DNA of 64,000 nucleotides from a plasmid: sequence record NZ_CP049261.1; one strand, 5' to 3'. Shown piece by piece: positions 1 to 10,666 of this stretch (position 1 is its first letter; each line of letters starts with the position of its first letter). The notes under the pieces were generated by a model. It saw only the letters and a program-made list of their open reading frames with translations, ran no database searches and was not told where the DNA came from. The position numbers and the translations under genes were made by a program.

Positions 1-283
1 GCTTTCGGACACGGGGGTACGCCCTGATATCGCTAATGACGAAAATAATTTGCCATTAATACAGGTTCGAAAATGGATAGATTGTCATTTTTTTAGCAAA
101 ATTCATTTACATTTGCCGTTGTTCATTGTCTTGTGAATAACCACGATGCGCGTAGCATTTATCAATGTAACTCTCTGTTTTAAAGCTCCTTGTTCATTGC
201 CGTAAGCGCAGTGAGATGTGGTGGCGGAGTCTCGCGGCTTCCGGTTCTCCACAACCTGAAACCTTATTGTGAAGGAACACGTC

Positions 284-781
284 ATGTCTGGTTCATTTCA
301 GGAAGAAATTCCTAAAGCCCGTATTAACCTGAAGTTAAATCTGCACACCGGCGGCGCGCAGAAAAAAGTTGAGCTGCCGCTGAAATTACTGGTCACCGGC
401 GATTTCAGTCACGGCCAGGAGCACCGGCCGCTGTCTGAGCGCAAAAAAATCGACATAAACAAAAATAATTTCGACAGCGTGCTTTCGGAATTTTCACCGG
501 CGCTGAATCTCGCCGTGGAAAATACCCTGACCGGTGACGGGTGCGAAGAAAACGTGCGCCTGACCTTCCGCCAGATGAAAGATTTCGAGCCGGAGCAGGT
601 GGCGCGGCAAATTCCCCAGCTGAAAGCCATGCTCGCGATGCGCAATTTACTGCGCGACCTGAAATCCAATCTCCTTGATAACGCCACCTTCCGCAGGGAG
701 CTGGAAACCATCCTGAAGGATCCGGCGCTGAGCGATGGCTTACGCGCGGAACTGGCGTCGCTGGCCCCGAAACACGCCTGA
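284..781 (+). CDS. tssB: T6SS contractile sheath small subunit TssB (VipA/ImpB family)
   Basis: Translation MSGSFQEEIPKARINLKLNLHTGGAQKKVELPLKLLVTGDF is the TssB signature N-terminus. ATG at 284 with GAAGGA RBS. First gene of the cluster after an AT-rich promoter region. Confidence 0.85.
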   Translation: MSGSFQEEIPKARINLKLNLHTGGAQKKVELPLKLLVTGDFSHGQEHRPLSERKKIDINKNNFDSVLSEFSPALNLAVENTLTGDGCEENVRLTFRQMKDFEPEQVARQIPQLKAMLAMRNLLRDLKSNLLDNATFRRELETILKDPALSDGLRAELASLAPKHA

Positions 782-815
782 GGCGCACCGGGTTTATTAC
801 GGATTAACGAGAGAA

Positions 816-2356
816 ATGCTGATGTCTGTTCAGAACACCCCACTGCTGCCGGCGCCACGCAGGTGCAGGAAACCACCGGCGGCGTTTACGCCTCGCTGTT
901 TGAAAAAATTAACCTTCATCCGGTCGACGCGCTTGATGATATCGACGCCTGGCAGGACAGCCAGCGCCTGGCGGACGCCTCCGCCGATGAGCGCGTGACC
1001 GCCGCGGTCCGGGTTTTCCTGGAGCGCCTGAAACAGTCCGGCCAGCAGGTTGAAAAGCTCGACAAAACGCTGCTTGACCACCATATCGCTGAGCTGGACC
1101 GGCAAATCAGCCGCCAGCTGGATACGGTGATGCACCATCCGGAGTTTCAGCAGGTGGAATCGCTGTGGCGCGGCCTGAAGCATCTGGTGAACCGCACCGA
1201 CTACCGCCAGAACGTGCGCACGGAAATTCTCGATATCGCCAAAGAGGATTTGCGCCAGGACTTCGAGGACGCGCCGGAAATCATCCAGAGCGGCCTCTAC
1301 TGGCACACCTACACGGCGGAATATGACACGCCCGGCGGTGAGCCGGTGGGCGCGGTGATTTCCTCGTATGAGTTTGACGCCAGTGCGCAGGATATGGCGC
1401 TGCTGCGTAATATTTCTAAAGTCTCCGCCGCGGCGCACATGCCGTTTATCGGTGCCGTTGGCCCGAAATTTTTCCTCAAAGATTCCATGGAAGAGGTGGC
1501 GGCGATTAAGGATATCGGCAACTACTTTGACCGCGCCGAATACATCAAGTGGAAATCCTTCCGCGACACCGACGATGCCCGCTATATCGGCCTGACCCTG
1601 CCGCGCGTGCTGGGCCGCCTGCCGTACGGCCCGGACACCGTGCCGGTGCGCAGCTTTAACTATGTGGAAGAGGTGAAAGGGCCGGACCACGAAAAATACC
1701 TGTGGACCAGCGCGTCGTTTGCCTTCGCGGCCAATATGGTGAAGAGCTTCATTAATAACGGCTGGTGCGTGCAGATCCGCGGCCCGCAGGCGGGCGGCGC
1801 GGTGCAGGACCTGCCGATTCATCTCTATGACCTCGGCACCGGCAATCAGGTGAAAATCCCGTCGGAAGTGATGATCCCGGAGACGCGTGAATTTGAGTTC
1901 GCGAACCTCGGTTTTATCCCGCTCTCCTACTACAAAAACCGCGACTACGCCTGCTTCTTCTCGGCGAACTCGGCGCAGAAACCGGCGCTGTACGACACGC
2001 CGGACGCCACCGCCAACAGCCGCATCAACGCGCGCCTGCCGTACATTTTCCTGCTGTCGCGCATCGCGCACTACCTGAAGCTGATTCAGCGCGAGAACAT
2101 CGGCACCACCAAAGACCGCCGTCTGCTGGAGCTGGAGCTGAACAACTGGGTGCGCGGTCTGGTGACGGAGATGACTGACCCGGGCGACGAGCTGCAGGCG
2201 TCGCACCCGCTGCGCGACGCGAAAGTGGTGGTGGAAGATATCGAAGACAACCCGGGCTTTTTCCGCGTCAGGCTGTACGCCGTGCCGCATTTCCAGGTGG
2301 AAGGCATGGACGTCAGCCTGTCGCTGGTGTCGCAGATGCCGAAAGCGAAGTCATAA
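816..2356 (+). CDS. tssC: T6SS contractile sheath large subunit TssC. N-terminal frameshift near the CCCC run at 838-842.
   Basis: The 497-aa frame (..ETTGGVYASLFEKINLHPV.. to ..VSLSLVSQMPKAKS) is TssC/VipB-like. The typical N-terminus MLMSVQNTP is in the adjacent frame starting at ATG 816 with GAGAG RBS. The two frames join if one base is restored in the C-run. Confidence 0.8.
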
Positions 2357-2366
2357 GGCTGTCGGG

Positions 2367-3705
2367 ATGAAAATCTATCGCCCGTTATGGGAAGACGGGG
2401 CCTTTCTGGCCCCGCAGCAATTTCAGCAACAAGCCCGCTGGGACGCCTGGGTCGCGGATACGGTTGCCAGAATGACCCTGGCGAACCCGTGGGGAGTGCT
2501 TTGCGCAGAATTTGACGAAGGCGCGTTAACGCTCGCCAGACTCAATGCGACGCGCCTGGTGGTACGCTTTGCCGACGGAACGCTGATTGACACCGATCTT
2601 GCCGATAATTTACCGCCAGTATGCGATTTATCCGGGCTGGAACAGGAAAGTGTCGACGTTTTACTTTGCCTGCCGCTCCTCAGTGCAAATGGCGGCAATC
2701 TGGAGAATAGACAGGACAGCGCCCGTCCGCGACGCTGGCAGTCTGAACGGGTAACCGTTCAGGAGCTGGCGGGACATGAGCGTAGCGAGCTGGCTGTTCT
2801 GCGCCACGCACTGACGCTTCGCCTCTCAGGTCAGGATAACGGCGCCTATCTCACCTGCCCGGTGGCGCGATTACAGCGCAATCTGCAAGGGCAGTGGGTA
2901 ATGGATAAGCGTTTCATCCCGCCGATGCTATCGCTGGCGGCAAGCCCTGTGCTGTGCGGCGAACTCCACGATCTTTTACACCGCCTGCAGGCCAGGCGGA
3001 AACGTCTGATGGCGATGCGGCGGGAAAGTAATGAGCGTATGGCTGATTTCGCCGTGGCGGACGTTTCTTTGTTCTGGCTGTTAAATGCCCTGAACAGCGC
3101 AGAGCCCGTTTTAAGTGAGCTCTATCAGTTTCCCTCGCGTCACCCTGAAATCCTCTACCGTGAGCTGGTAAGACTGACTGGCAGCCTGCTGACCTTTTCG
3201 CTTGAACATCACGCGGAGGAAATCCCGGCGTATCAGCATGAGCAGCCGGAACAGGTATTTCCGCCGCTTTTTGCTCTGCTGGATACGTTACTGGAAGCGA
3301 GCCTGCCCTCACGTGTCATTGCTGTCGCGCTGGAACAGGGCCGGACTGTGAGATCTGGCGAGGGAAGTTACACGATGCGCGGCTGCGCGAAGGGCGGATT
3401 TCTATCTTTCGGTGCGTTCAGCGCTGCCGAATCACGAACTCCAGACACGTTTTCCGCAATTGTGCAAAGCGGGCAGCCATGACGACGTTTCAGAGGTCGT
3501 CAATATCGCGCTCAGCGGTATGGTAATCAAACCGCTCAGTCATGTTCCTGCAGCGATTCCGCTGCGTCTTGAGAATCAGTATTTCGCGCTGGATCTGACC
3601 ACCGATGCCGCCCGCGCCATGCTCGACGCCGGGAACTGCGCCTTCTACACGCCGCAGTCTCTCGGTGAGGTAAAACTGGAACTGTTTGCGGTGCTGCGGT
3701 CATGA
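2367..3705 (+). CDS. tssK: T6SS baseplate protein TssK. Frameshift about 3350-3400.
   Basis: MKIYRPLWEDGAFLAPQQFQQQ.. N-terminus and the C-terminal ..PLRLENQYFALDL.. are both TssK-like. The two pieces lie in different frames (2367-3482 and 3412-3705). Combined length about 445 aa, as expected for TssK. Confidence 0.75.
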
Positions 3706-4354
3706 AAAAAGATGAAATAAACCTCATAAACAGGGTGTTTTATCCTGGCTGGCTGATGGTCAGCCAGTTACGCAGCGGGCAGGCGATCAACGATGGTGAA
3801 GCGCTTTATCGCCGCGCCTGCCAGTGGATCACTACAGCACGCCAGACGCTGACTGACGCAGGTTTCAGCGAGGCGAGTTGTGAAACGATGGTGTATGCGT
3901 ACTGCGCGCTGATCGATGAAAGCGTGATGAACCGTGACAGGCAGGACGACGGGTATCGTAAATGGCGCCAGGATCCGTTACAGGCGCGTTTTTTCAGCAC
4001 GCTGAATGCAGGTGAAGAGCTGTGGGAACGCATCCGCATTGCCCTTCGCGATCCTGCGCCGGACAGTGCCGTGCTGACCTGTCTGTATCGCACTCTGCAG
4101 CTGGGTTTTGTCGGCCTGTACCGCGCGCAGGATGACGAGCGGCGCGAAGATGTGGTACGCGCACTGAGTGAATATGTCCCTCCGTTTGAGCTGACGCAGG
4201 GGAATCTGTTGTAGTCAGCGCCTCCCGCCTGCGAAGCGGACGTCGTTTCTACTGGCTGGGGTGGATCGCGGGGATAGTGACGCTGGCGGCGCTGTGGCTT
4301 GCGTTTTCCGCTGCGCTGACGCGCCAGGTTGCGCAAATAGCAGGGCAGGGATGA
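3702..4354 (+). CDS. tssL: T6SS membrane-complex protein TssL (DotU family). Frameshift about 4195-4215.
   Basis: ATGA overlap with the tssK stop. DotU-like cytoplasmic domain. The C-terminal transmembrane helix (..RRFYWLGWIAGIVTLAALWLAFSAAL..) is read in the next frame and ends at TGA 4352-4354. Confidence 0.7.
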
Positions 4355-4357
4355 CGG

Positions 4358-6060
4358 ATGCGTGAACGAAACCGCCCGCTTTTTACTCTCTTTGCCACAG
4401 TGCTGGCGCTATGGCTGGTGCTGGGGTTCTGGCCCTTTTCTGCGTTGAATAAGCTTTTACTGAGTGTCGGTATCCTTCTGACAGGCGGGGCAGCGCTGTG
4501 GTACCTGCGGCGTTATAGTTTGCGTCGTCAGGCTTCGTGCGCCCAGGTGGCAGCCGCTCTTTTGCCGCCGGAAAATTTCCAGGGGCGCTGGTGTTGGTCG
4601 GCGGTGACACAGGAGCACTCTTTCCGGCAGGGGGTGATTATCGGGAAAGCCGACAGGGCTGGTATCTTCGCGCGGCAAATGCAGAGCAGCTCCCTTTACT
4701 GGCGCAGCATATTGCGCTCACCCGGCCTGCTCTGGTGTCGCAATTGTCGATTCTGTTGGCTGTCGTGCCTGAGCAGCAGGTCTGCGATGACACGCTGACG
4801 CAGTCGCTGCGGGTATGGCACAGAAGTATTCTGGCGTGCCGTAACTGGCTTAATGGCTTGCCGCCCGTATGGAGCGTGGTCTGGCTCAACACGCTTGATG
4901 CCGGTGGTAACACCCTGTGGTTTACCCTTACACCGGGGCGTCCGGGTTTACAGGCCCGGCAGGCTGACCATGTGACATTACCGATAGCAGAGTGGCAGCG
5001 GGAGCCCGCTTTCAGCCCATCACGTTTATCTCCGGTACTCTGGCTGGATAGCGTGATGGCTTTTATTCACCGGTATATCTGTCAGCCACTCGCCAGCCCT
5101 CAAAATGAGCTTCCTGCGCTGCCTCTCGCTGCAGTGGGTGTTTGCATGACGTCTGTTGAATCAGTGGTTGATAACCTCTGGCATAAGCAGATTGCCAGCA
5201 TGACCACACTCCCGCCTTTGACACAGAAATCCAGTGAACCATTGCCATTGCCCGATATGTTGCTGGCGTCACTGCCTTGCTGGCGAGGCATTAGCTGCAG
5301 AATGCGGGATCTCCGCATCGCGGGGGTTATCACCTTCTTGTTTATCGGGCTGGCGTTGTGTGCCTCGTTTATGAATAACCAGCGGCTGGTACGTCGTATT
5401 GGCGACCATCTTGCGCGTTATCACCATCTCAGCGGGATGCCACCCGCACCAAAAGCGCAGGCACAGCAGCGCCTGCGTACTGACAGTCAGCTGCTTGATG
5501 ACTGGCTGAGGCGCGGCGAACCGCTGCGTTACGGGCTTGGACTCTACCAGGGCGAGAAACTGATACCGCCATTAGACGCGGCCATCAGTGACTGGTCAGC
5601 GCCTGTCTCATCACCTCCGGTTAACAAGAACATCATTACCGAACCACAGACGATCCGCCTGGACGCGCTTTCGCTGTTCGACACCGGTCAGTGGCGGCTG
5701 AAAACCGGCTCCACGAAAGTGCTGGTGAACGCGCTGGTGGGCATTAAGGCCAGGCCGGGCTGGCTGATTGTGGTCGCCGGGCATACCGACGATGTGGGCG
5801 ACGAACGCGCCAACCAGCAGCTGTCGCTTAAGCGCGCCGAAGCGGTGCGCGACTGGATGCGCGACACCGGCGACGTGCCGGAGAGCTGCTTTGCGGTGCA
5901 GGGCTACGGCGAAAGCCGCCCGGCGGTGCCCAACACCACGGCAGAAGGGCGGGCGCTGAACCGTCGCGTTGAAATCAGTCTGGTGCCGCAGGCGGACGCC
6001 TGCCGGCTGCCGGACATTCCCCTGCCGCCCTCACAGGATGAGAGCGGTACTCAACCTTAA
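4358..6060 (+). CDS. tagL: TagL/SciZ-like T6SS accessory membrane protein with C-terminal OmpA-family peptidoglycan-binding domain. Frameshift about 4560-4600.
   Basis: N-terminal TM segments (LFTLFATVLALWLVLGFWPF). The C-terminus ..GWLIVVAGHTDDVGDERANQQLSLKRAEAVRDWM...NRRVEISL is a canonical OmpA-like PG-binding motif. Position between tssL and hcp matches enterobacterial T6SS-1. Confidence 0.65.
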
Positions 6061-6074
6061 ATGGAGACAATCCC

Positions 6075-6566
6075 ATGGCAATTCCTGTTTATCTCTGGCT
6101 GAAGGACGACGGTGGCGCGGACATCAAGGGTTCCGTTGATGTGAAGGACCGCGAGGGCAGCATTGAGGTGGTGGCGCAGGAGCACTCGCTGTACATCCCG
6201 ACCGACAACAACACCGGCAAGCTGACCGGCACCCGTATCCACACGCCGTTCCTGTTCACCAAGGAAATCGACGCCTCCAGCCCGTATCTGTACAAGGCGG
6301 TGACCACCGGCCAGACCCTGAAGTCCGCCGAGTTTAAATGGTACCGCATCAACGACGCGGGCCAGGAGGTGGAGTATTTCAACACGAAGCTTGAGAACGT
6401 GAAGCTGGTGAAAGTGGCGCCGCTGATGCACGACATCAAGGAGCCTTCCAAGGAGAAGCACAACCATCTTGAGCGCATTGAGCTGCGCTACGAAAAAATC
6501 ACCTGGACCTACAAGGACGGCAACATCATCCATTCCGATTCGTGGAACGAACGTACCACTGCCTGA
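6075..6566 (+). CDS. hcp: T6SS inner tube protein Hcp
   Basis: 163 aa, MAIPVYLWLKDDGGADIKGSVDVKDREGSIEVVAQEHSLYIPTD.. is a classic Hcp sequence. GGAG RBS. Intact. Confidence 0.9.
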   Translation: MAIPVYLWLKDDGGADIKGSVDVKDREGSIEVVAQEHSLYIPTDNNTGKLTGTRIHTPFLFTKEIDASSPYLYKAVTTGQTLKSAEFKWYRINDAGQEVEYFNTKLENVKLVKVAPLMHDIKEPSKEKHNHLERIELRYEKITWTYKDGNIIHSDSWNERTTA

Positions 6567-6569
6567 CCC

Positions 6570-6643
6570 AGCCAGCAGACGGGAGACCGTCTGCTTTTTT
6601 GTCTGCAGAGCGCCTGGTGCGGATGTTCTGCAGACAAAAAATA
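6570..6643 (+). terminator. Tandem rho-independent terminators after hcp
   Basis: cagcagacgggagaccgtctgctttttt hairpin plus T-run, followed by a second hairpin gtctgcagagcgcctggtgcggatgttctgcagacaaaaaa. Confidence 0.6.
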
Positions 6644-6710
6644 TCACCACTCCGCCCCTGTGCGCTTCGGGTAACAGCGAGGGCGGTAGCGTGTCTGAAA
6701 ACAGAGGAAG

Positions 6711-9376
6711 ATGAGCATGGAACACCAGTCAGCCGTATTACTGCGCCGTTTAAATCCATACTGCGCCCGCGCGCTGGAAGGCGCTGCGAGCCTGTGCCAG
6801 GCCCGCGCCCACGCGGAAATTTTGCCCGAACACTGGGTACTGAAACTGTTTGAGCAGGGCGAGGGCGATCTCACCGTGCTGGCCCGCCGTTACGAGTGGG
6901 ATATGGATGCTATCTGGCAGGATCTGCTGGCTTACCTTGACCGCCTGCCACGCTCGGTCAAAGGTCGACCGCAGTTGTCTGACAATCTGGAATCGCTGCT
7001 GAAGCAGAGCTGGCTTATCGCTTCACTTGAAAACGGCGAGGAGATCCGCAGTGTGCATCTGCTGGCCGCGATGATTGAGATGCCAGCACTGCTTTCCTGC
7101 GATGGCCTCTGGCCGCTACTGACAGTGGGTCGTAGTCAGCTTGAGCGGCTGCGCGGACTGCTTGATGCGCAGTCAGACGAACGCCCGGAGGCGCAGCAGG
7201 AAGCGCTGTTATCCCGTGCGCCTGCCGGTGAAACAACAACGTCACCTGTAACGCTCCCCAGCGACCCGACAGAGGATCCGCTTTCCGCAAGGCCAGGACT
7301 GAACAAAGCGCTCCAGGCGGTGCTGGATAAATTCACCCAGGACATTACAGCGAAGGCGAAAGCCGACGGTATTGATCCGGTTTTTGGTCGCGATAACGAA
7401 ATCCGCCAGATGGTGGATATTCTTTCGCGTCGGCGTAAAAACAACCCGATTCTGGTGGGCGAGCCAGGCGTCGGGAAAACCGCGCTGGTGGAAGGACTGG
7501 CGCTGCGCATTGCTGAGGGCAATGTGCCGGAGAGCCTGAAGTGTGTCACCTTGCGTACCCTTGATCTTGGGCTTTTACAGGCAGGCGCAGGCGTGAAAGG
7601 CGAGTTTGAGCAGCGACTGAAAAATATCATAGAGGCTGTACGTCAGTCGCCGACGCCGGTCCTGCTGTTTATCGACGAGGCGCATACCATTATCGGTGCG
7701 GGCAACCAGGCGGGCGGCGCAGATGCGGCTAACCTGCTGAAACCGGCGCTGGCACGCGGTGAACTCAGGACCATTGCAGCCACCACCTGGAGCGAGTACA
7801 AGCAATACTTTGAGCGTGACGCTGCGCTGGAGCGTCGCTTCCAGATGGTGAAAGTCGACGAGCCGGATGACGACACCGCCTGCCTGATGCTCAGGGGCTC
7901 AAGTCCCGCTACGCGCAGCATCACGGTGTGCATATCACTGATGATGCGGTCAAAGCCGCCGTCACGCTCTCACGCCGCTACCTCACTGGTCGTCAGCTTC
8001 CTGATAAAGCGGTGGATCTGCTGGATACCGCTTCGGCGCGCGTGAGAATGAGTCTCGACACCGTACCGGAGCCACTGACGCAGCGGCGTGCCCGTATCAG
8101 CGCACTGGCGATGGAAAAACAGGCGCTGCTGGAAGATATCGCAATGGGTAGCCACGCCCACAGCGAGCGGCTGGCAGAGATTGAAGAGGAAGAGGTCAAT
8201 ATCCTCACGGAACTGGACGTACTGGAAACGCAGTACGGTCAGGAAATTACCTTAACAGAACAGTTGCTGGCCTGTCGCCGTGATCTTTCCCGGCAGGCGG
8301 AGAGCGCGTCGCTGCAAAGCGAACTGGCGATTGTGCAGCAGGGCACTCCGCTACTGGGGCTGGACGTGGACGCGCGTACCGTGGCGACAGTGATTGCCGA
8401 CTGGACCGGCGTACCGCTTTCATCCCTGATGAAGGATGAACAGACGGAGTTGCTGAGCCTGGAGCAGCGGCTGGCCGCCCGGGTGGTTGGTCAGGACGTG
8501 GCGCTGGAGGCCATTGCACAGCGCTTACGCGCATCGAAAACCGGGCTGGCATCAGAAAACGGCCCGCAGGGTGTGTTCCTGCTGACCGGGCCGAGCGGTA
8601 CAGGTAAAACCGAAACCGCGCTCGCGCTGGCGGACACGCTCTATGGCGGCGAGAAATCGCTGATTACCATTAACCTCTCGGAATACCAGGAACCGCACAC
8701 CGTTTCGCAACTCAAGGGCTCTCCTCCGGGTTACGTGGGTTACGGCCAGGGCGGCATCCTCACGGAAGCGGTGCGCAAGCGCCCCTACAGCGTGGTGCTG
8801 CTGGATGAGGTGGAAAAGGCGCACCGCGATGTGATGAACCTCTTTTATCAGGTGTTTGACCGCGGTTTCATGCGCGATGGCGAAGGACGGGAAATCGACT
8901 TTCGCAACACGGTCATTCTGATGACCTCCAATCTCGGCAGTGATCACATCATGCAATTGCTGGACGAAAAACCGGACGCCAGCGAGACCGATCTGCATGA
9001 ACTGCTGCGTCCGATATTGCGCGATCACTTCCAGCCAGCGCTGCTGGCGCGATTCCAGACGGTGATTTATCGCCCGCTAAATTCGCAGGCGATGCGCACC
9101 ATCGTGGAAATGAAACTGTCGCAGGTCAGCCAGCGCCTGAGCCGCCACTACGGGCTGACGACGCATATTGATGAGAGCCTTTACGACGCTCTGACCGACG
9201 CCTGCCTGCTGCCGGACACCGGGGCACGCAACATCGACAGCCTACTGGCGCAGCAAATTCTGCCAGTATTGAGCCAGCAATTGTTATGCTACAGGGCGGC
9301 AGGACAGAAACCCCAGCACCTGACGCTTGGCTGGAGTGAGGAAGAGGGGATTTTGCTGGAGTTTAAACATGACTGA
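6711..9376 (+). CDS. clpV: T6SS AAA+ ATPase ClpV/TssH. Frameshift at the GGGG run near 7895.
   Basis: Two Clp/Hsp100 NBDs (..[18 protein letters not shown].. and ..[18 protein letters not shown]..). The N-terminal frame runs 6711-8045 and the C-terminal frame 7928-9376, continuous through ..[19 protein letters not shown]... Total about 888 aa. Confidence 0.85.
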
Positions 9377-9921
9377 AGAAACTAAGGATGAGTTCAGAAT
9401 CAAAGAAGGTGGTATCAGGCTGCTTACGCCAGGTGAAATAATGCTGGCGCAATCTGTTTTAAATCCACTATTGACTATTCGAAAGTCTGGATCCACAGGG
9501 AAAGTTATCTGCCCTTCAATCTTCAGAATAGAAATGCAGCAATGACCCTAATGGTGAAATTTATTTTCGTGACCATTACCGGGATGATTTCTCTCAGTCT
9601 ACAGATCATATGCAACATATATTTATTCATGAAATGAGCCATGTCTGGCAACGCGAGAGAGGAATGAACGTTATCTGCCGGGGCCTGGTGAGTTGGCTGG
9701 TTAGTTATCGATATACACTTGATGGTCGATTGCTCAGTGAATATCCAATGGAGCAACAAGCACAGATTATTGCGGATAATTTTATTTTGCAGACATTTGG
9801 CTATGAAATATGGAGTCACCTTGAAAATCAAAAATACCCTGACATCACCCTCGATGGGGATATTTCTGAAACGGTGATACGTGCCGGTTACAGAGCGACT
9901 TTAAAGGGGTTCCCATGGTAA
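9369..9921 (+). CDS. Putative T6SS cargo effector with zincin-like HExxH motif (IFIHEMSHVWQ). Frame break near 9530-9545.
   Basis: ATGA overlap with the clpV stop gives translational coupling. AT-rich. The two frames 9369-9545 and 9532-9921 look like one protein of about 180 aa. HEMSH motif. No family recognised from memory. Confidence 0.45.
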
Positions 9922-10381
9922 GTGAGAACAACGTTAATACGTTTAACCTTCTGTTTTTATCATTTGCTTGTGTTTCAATCCTGACGGGATGTCCGGGGCC
10001 CGGTGACATAATGCGCTTTGATGAAACCGCAAAGGTGAGCAGCAGAGGGAGGGATGTTTGTATAAATATTGATAATGCACAGGATTATCAGCCAGTGGAT
10101 ATCGGGATAAATCTAAGGGGAATACCCCAAAAGAGAAAAAGTTTGATTTTTCACCAGGTCTCAGGATTAGTGCCGGGGAGCTGTGTATTCCTCCTTCATA
10201 CTATAGTTTTGAAAATGGTAATAAGTATATTGTTGAATTTGTACTTCATGCAACTTCAGGAGTTAAGGATCCGAGAAGTTTTGTTGTCGGTGTTGGAGTA
10301 AATAATAATCATGTCTATAATTTTCCTTTGAGCGAACGTGAATTCGCAAGGCCGTATGGTTCAATTCAGGTTCCAGAATAA
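9915..10381 (+). CDS. Putative cognate immunity lipoprotein. Frameshift near the C4A4 run at 10125-10140.
   Basis: Lipoprotein signal ..LLFLSFACVSILTGC. Overlaps the effector stop. The second half reads ..KEKKFDFSPGLRISAGELCIPPSYYSFENGNKYIVEFVLHATSGVKDPRSFVVGVGVNNNHVYNFPL.. in the -1 frame. Confidence 0.4.
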
Positions 10382-10666
10382 TAAATATCCGTATTTAACG
10401 ACGCATTCGTAAATATGGATTTTACATTGGGGAATCTACACATCGTACTGGTTAATCAGGCAAGAGTATTTATCTCTTGCCTGCATATCATGACCGGAAA
10501 ATTATTTCAGATAAATATTTATCAAGTATTACAGCTCTTGCCTGCGCCTTTAAGGCATGGGGCCGTAATCACCTTTTTCGTGCTCGCTGAGTACCCCTGA
10601 TTAAACCTGTTACTTGCCGTTGGCAATAAAGTTATGGACAGCAGATTACCCCAAGGAGCCAATATC

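Noticed and set aside
63-75. ggttcgaaaa resembling a tRNA T-loop
   Set aside because: No acceptor, D or anticodon stems can be drawn around it. It is isolated in an AT-rich promoter.
830-2290. 486-aa ORF on the minus strand, with others at 405-876 and 1309-1521
   Set aside because: Entirely antisense to tssB and tssC. No RBS. Arg/Val-rich translations typical of GC-rich antisense frames.
6057-6725. 222-aa minus-strand ORF over hcp
   Set aside because: Antisense to the well-supported hcp gene and spans its terminator.
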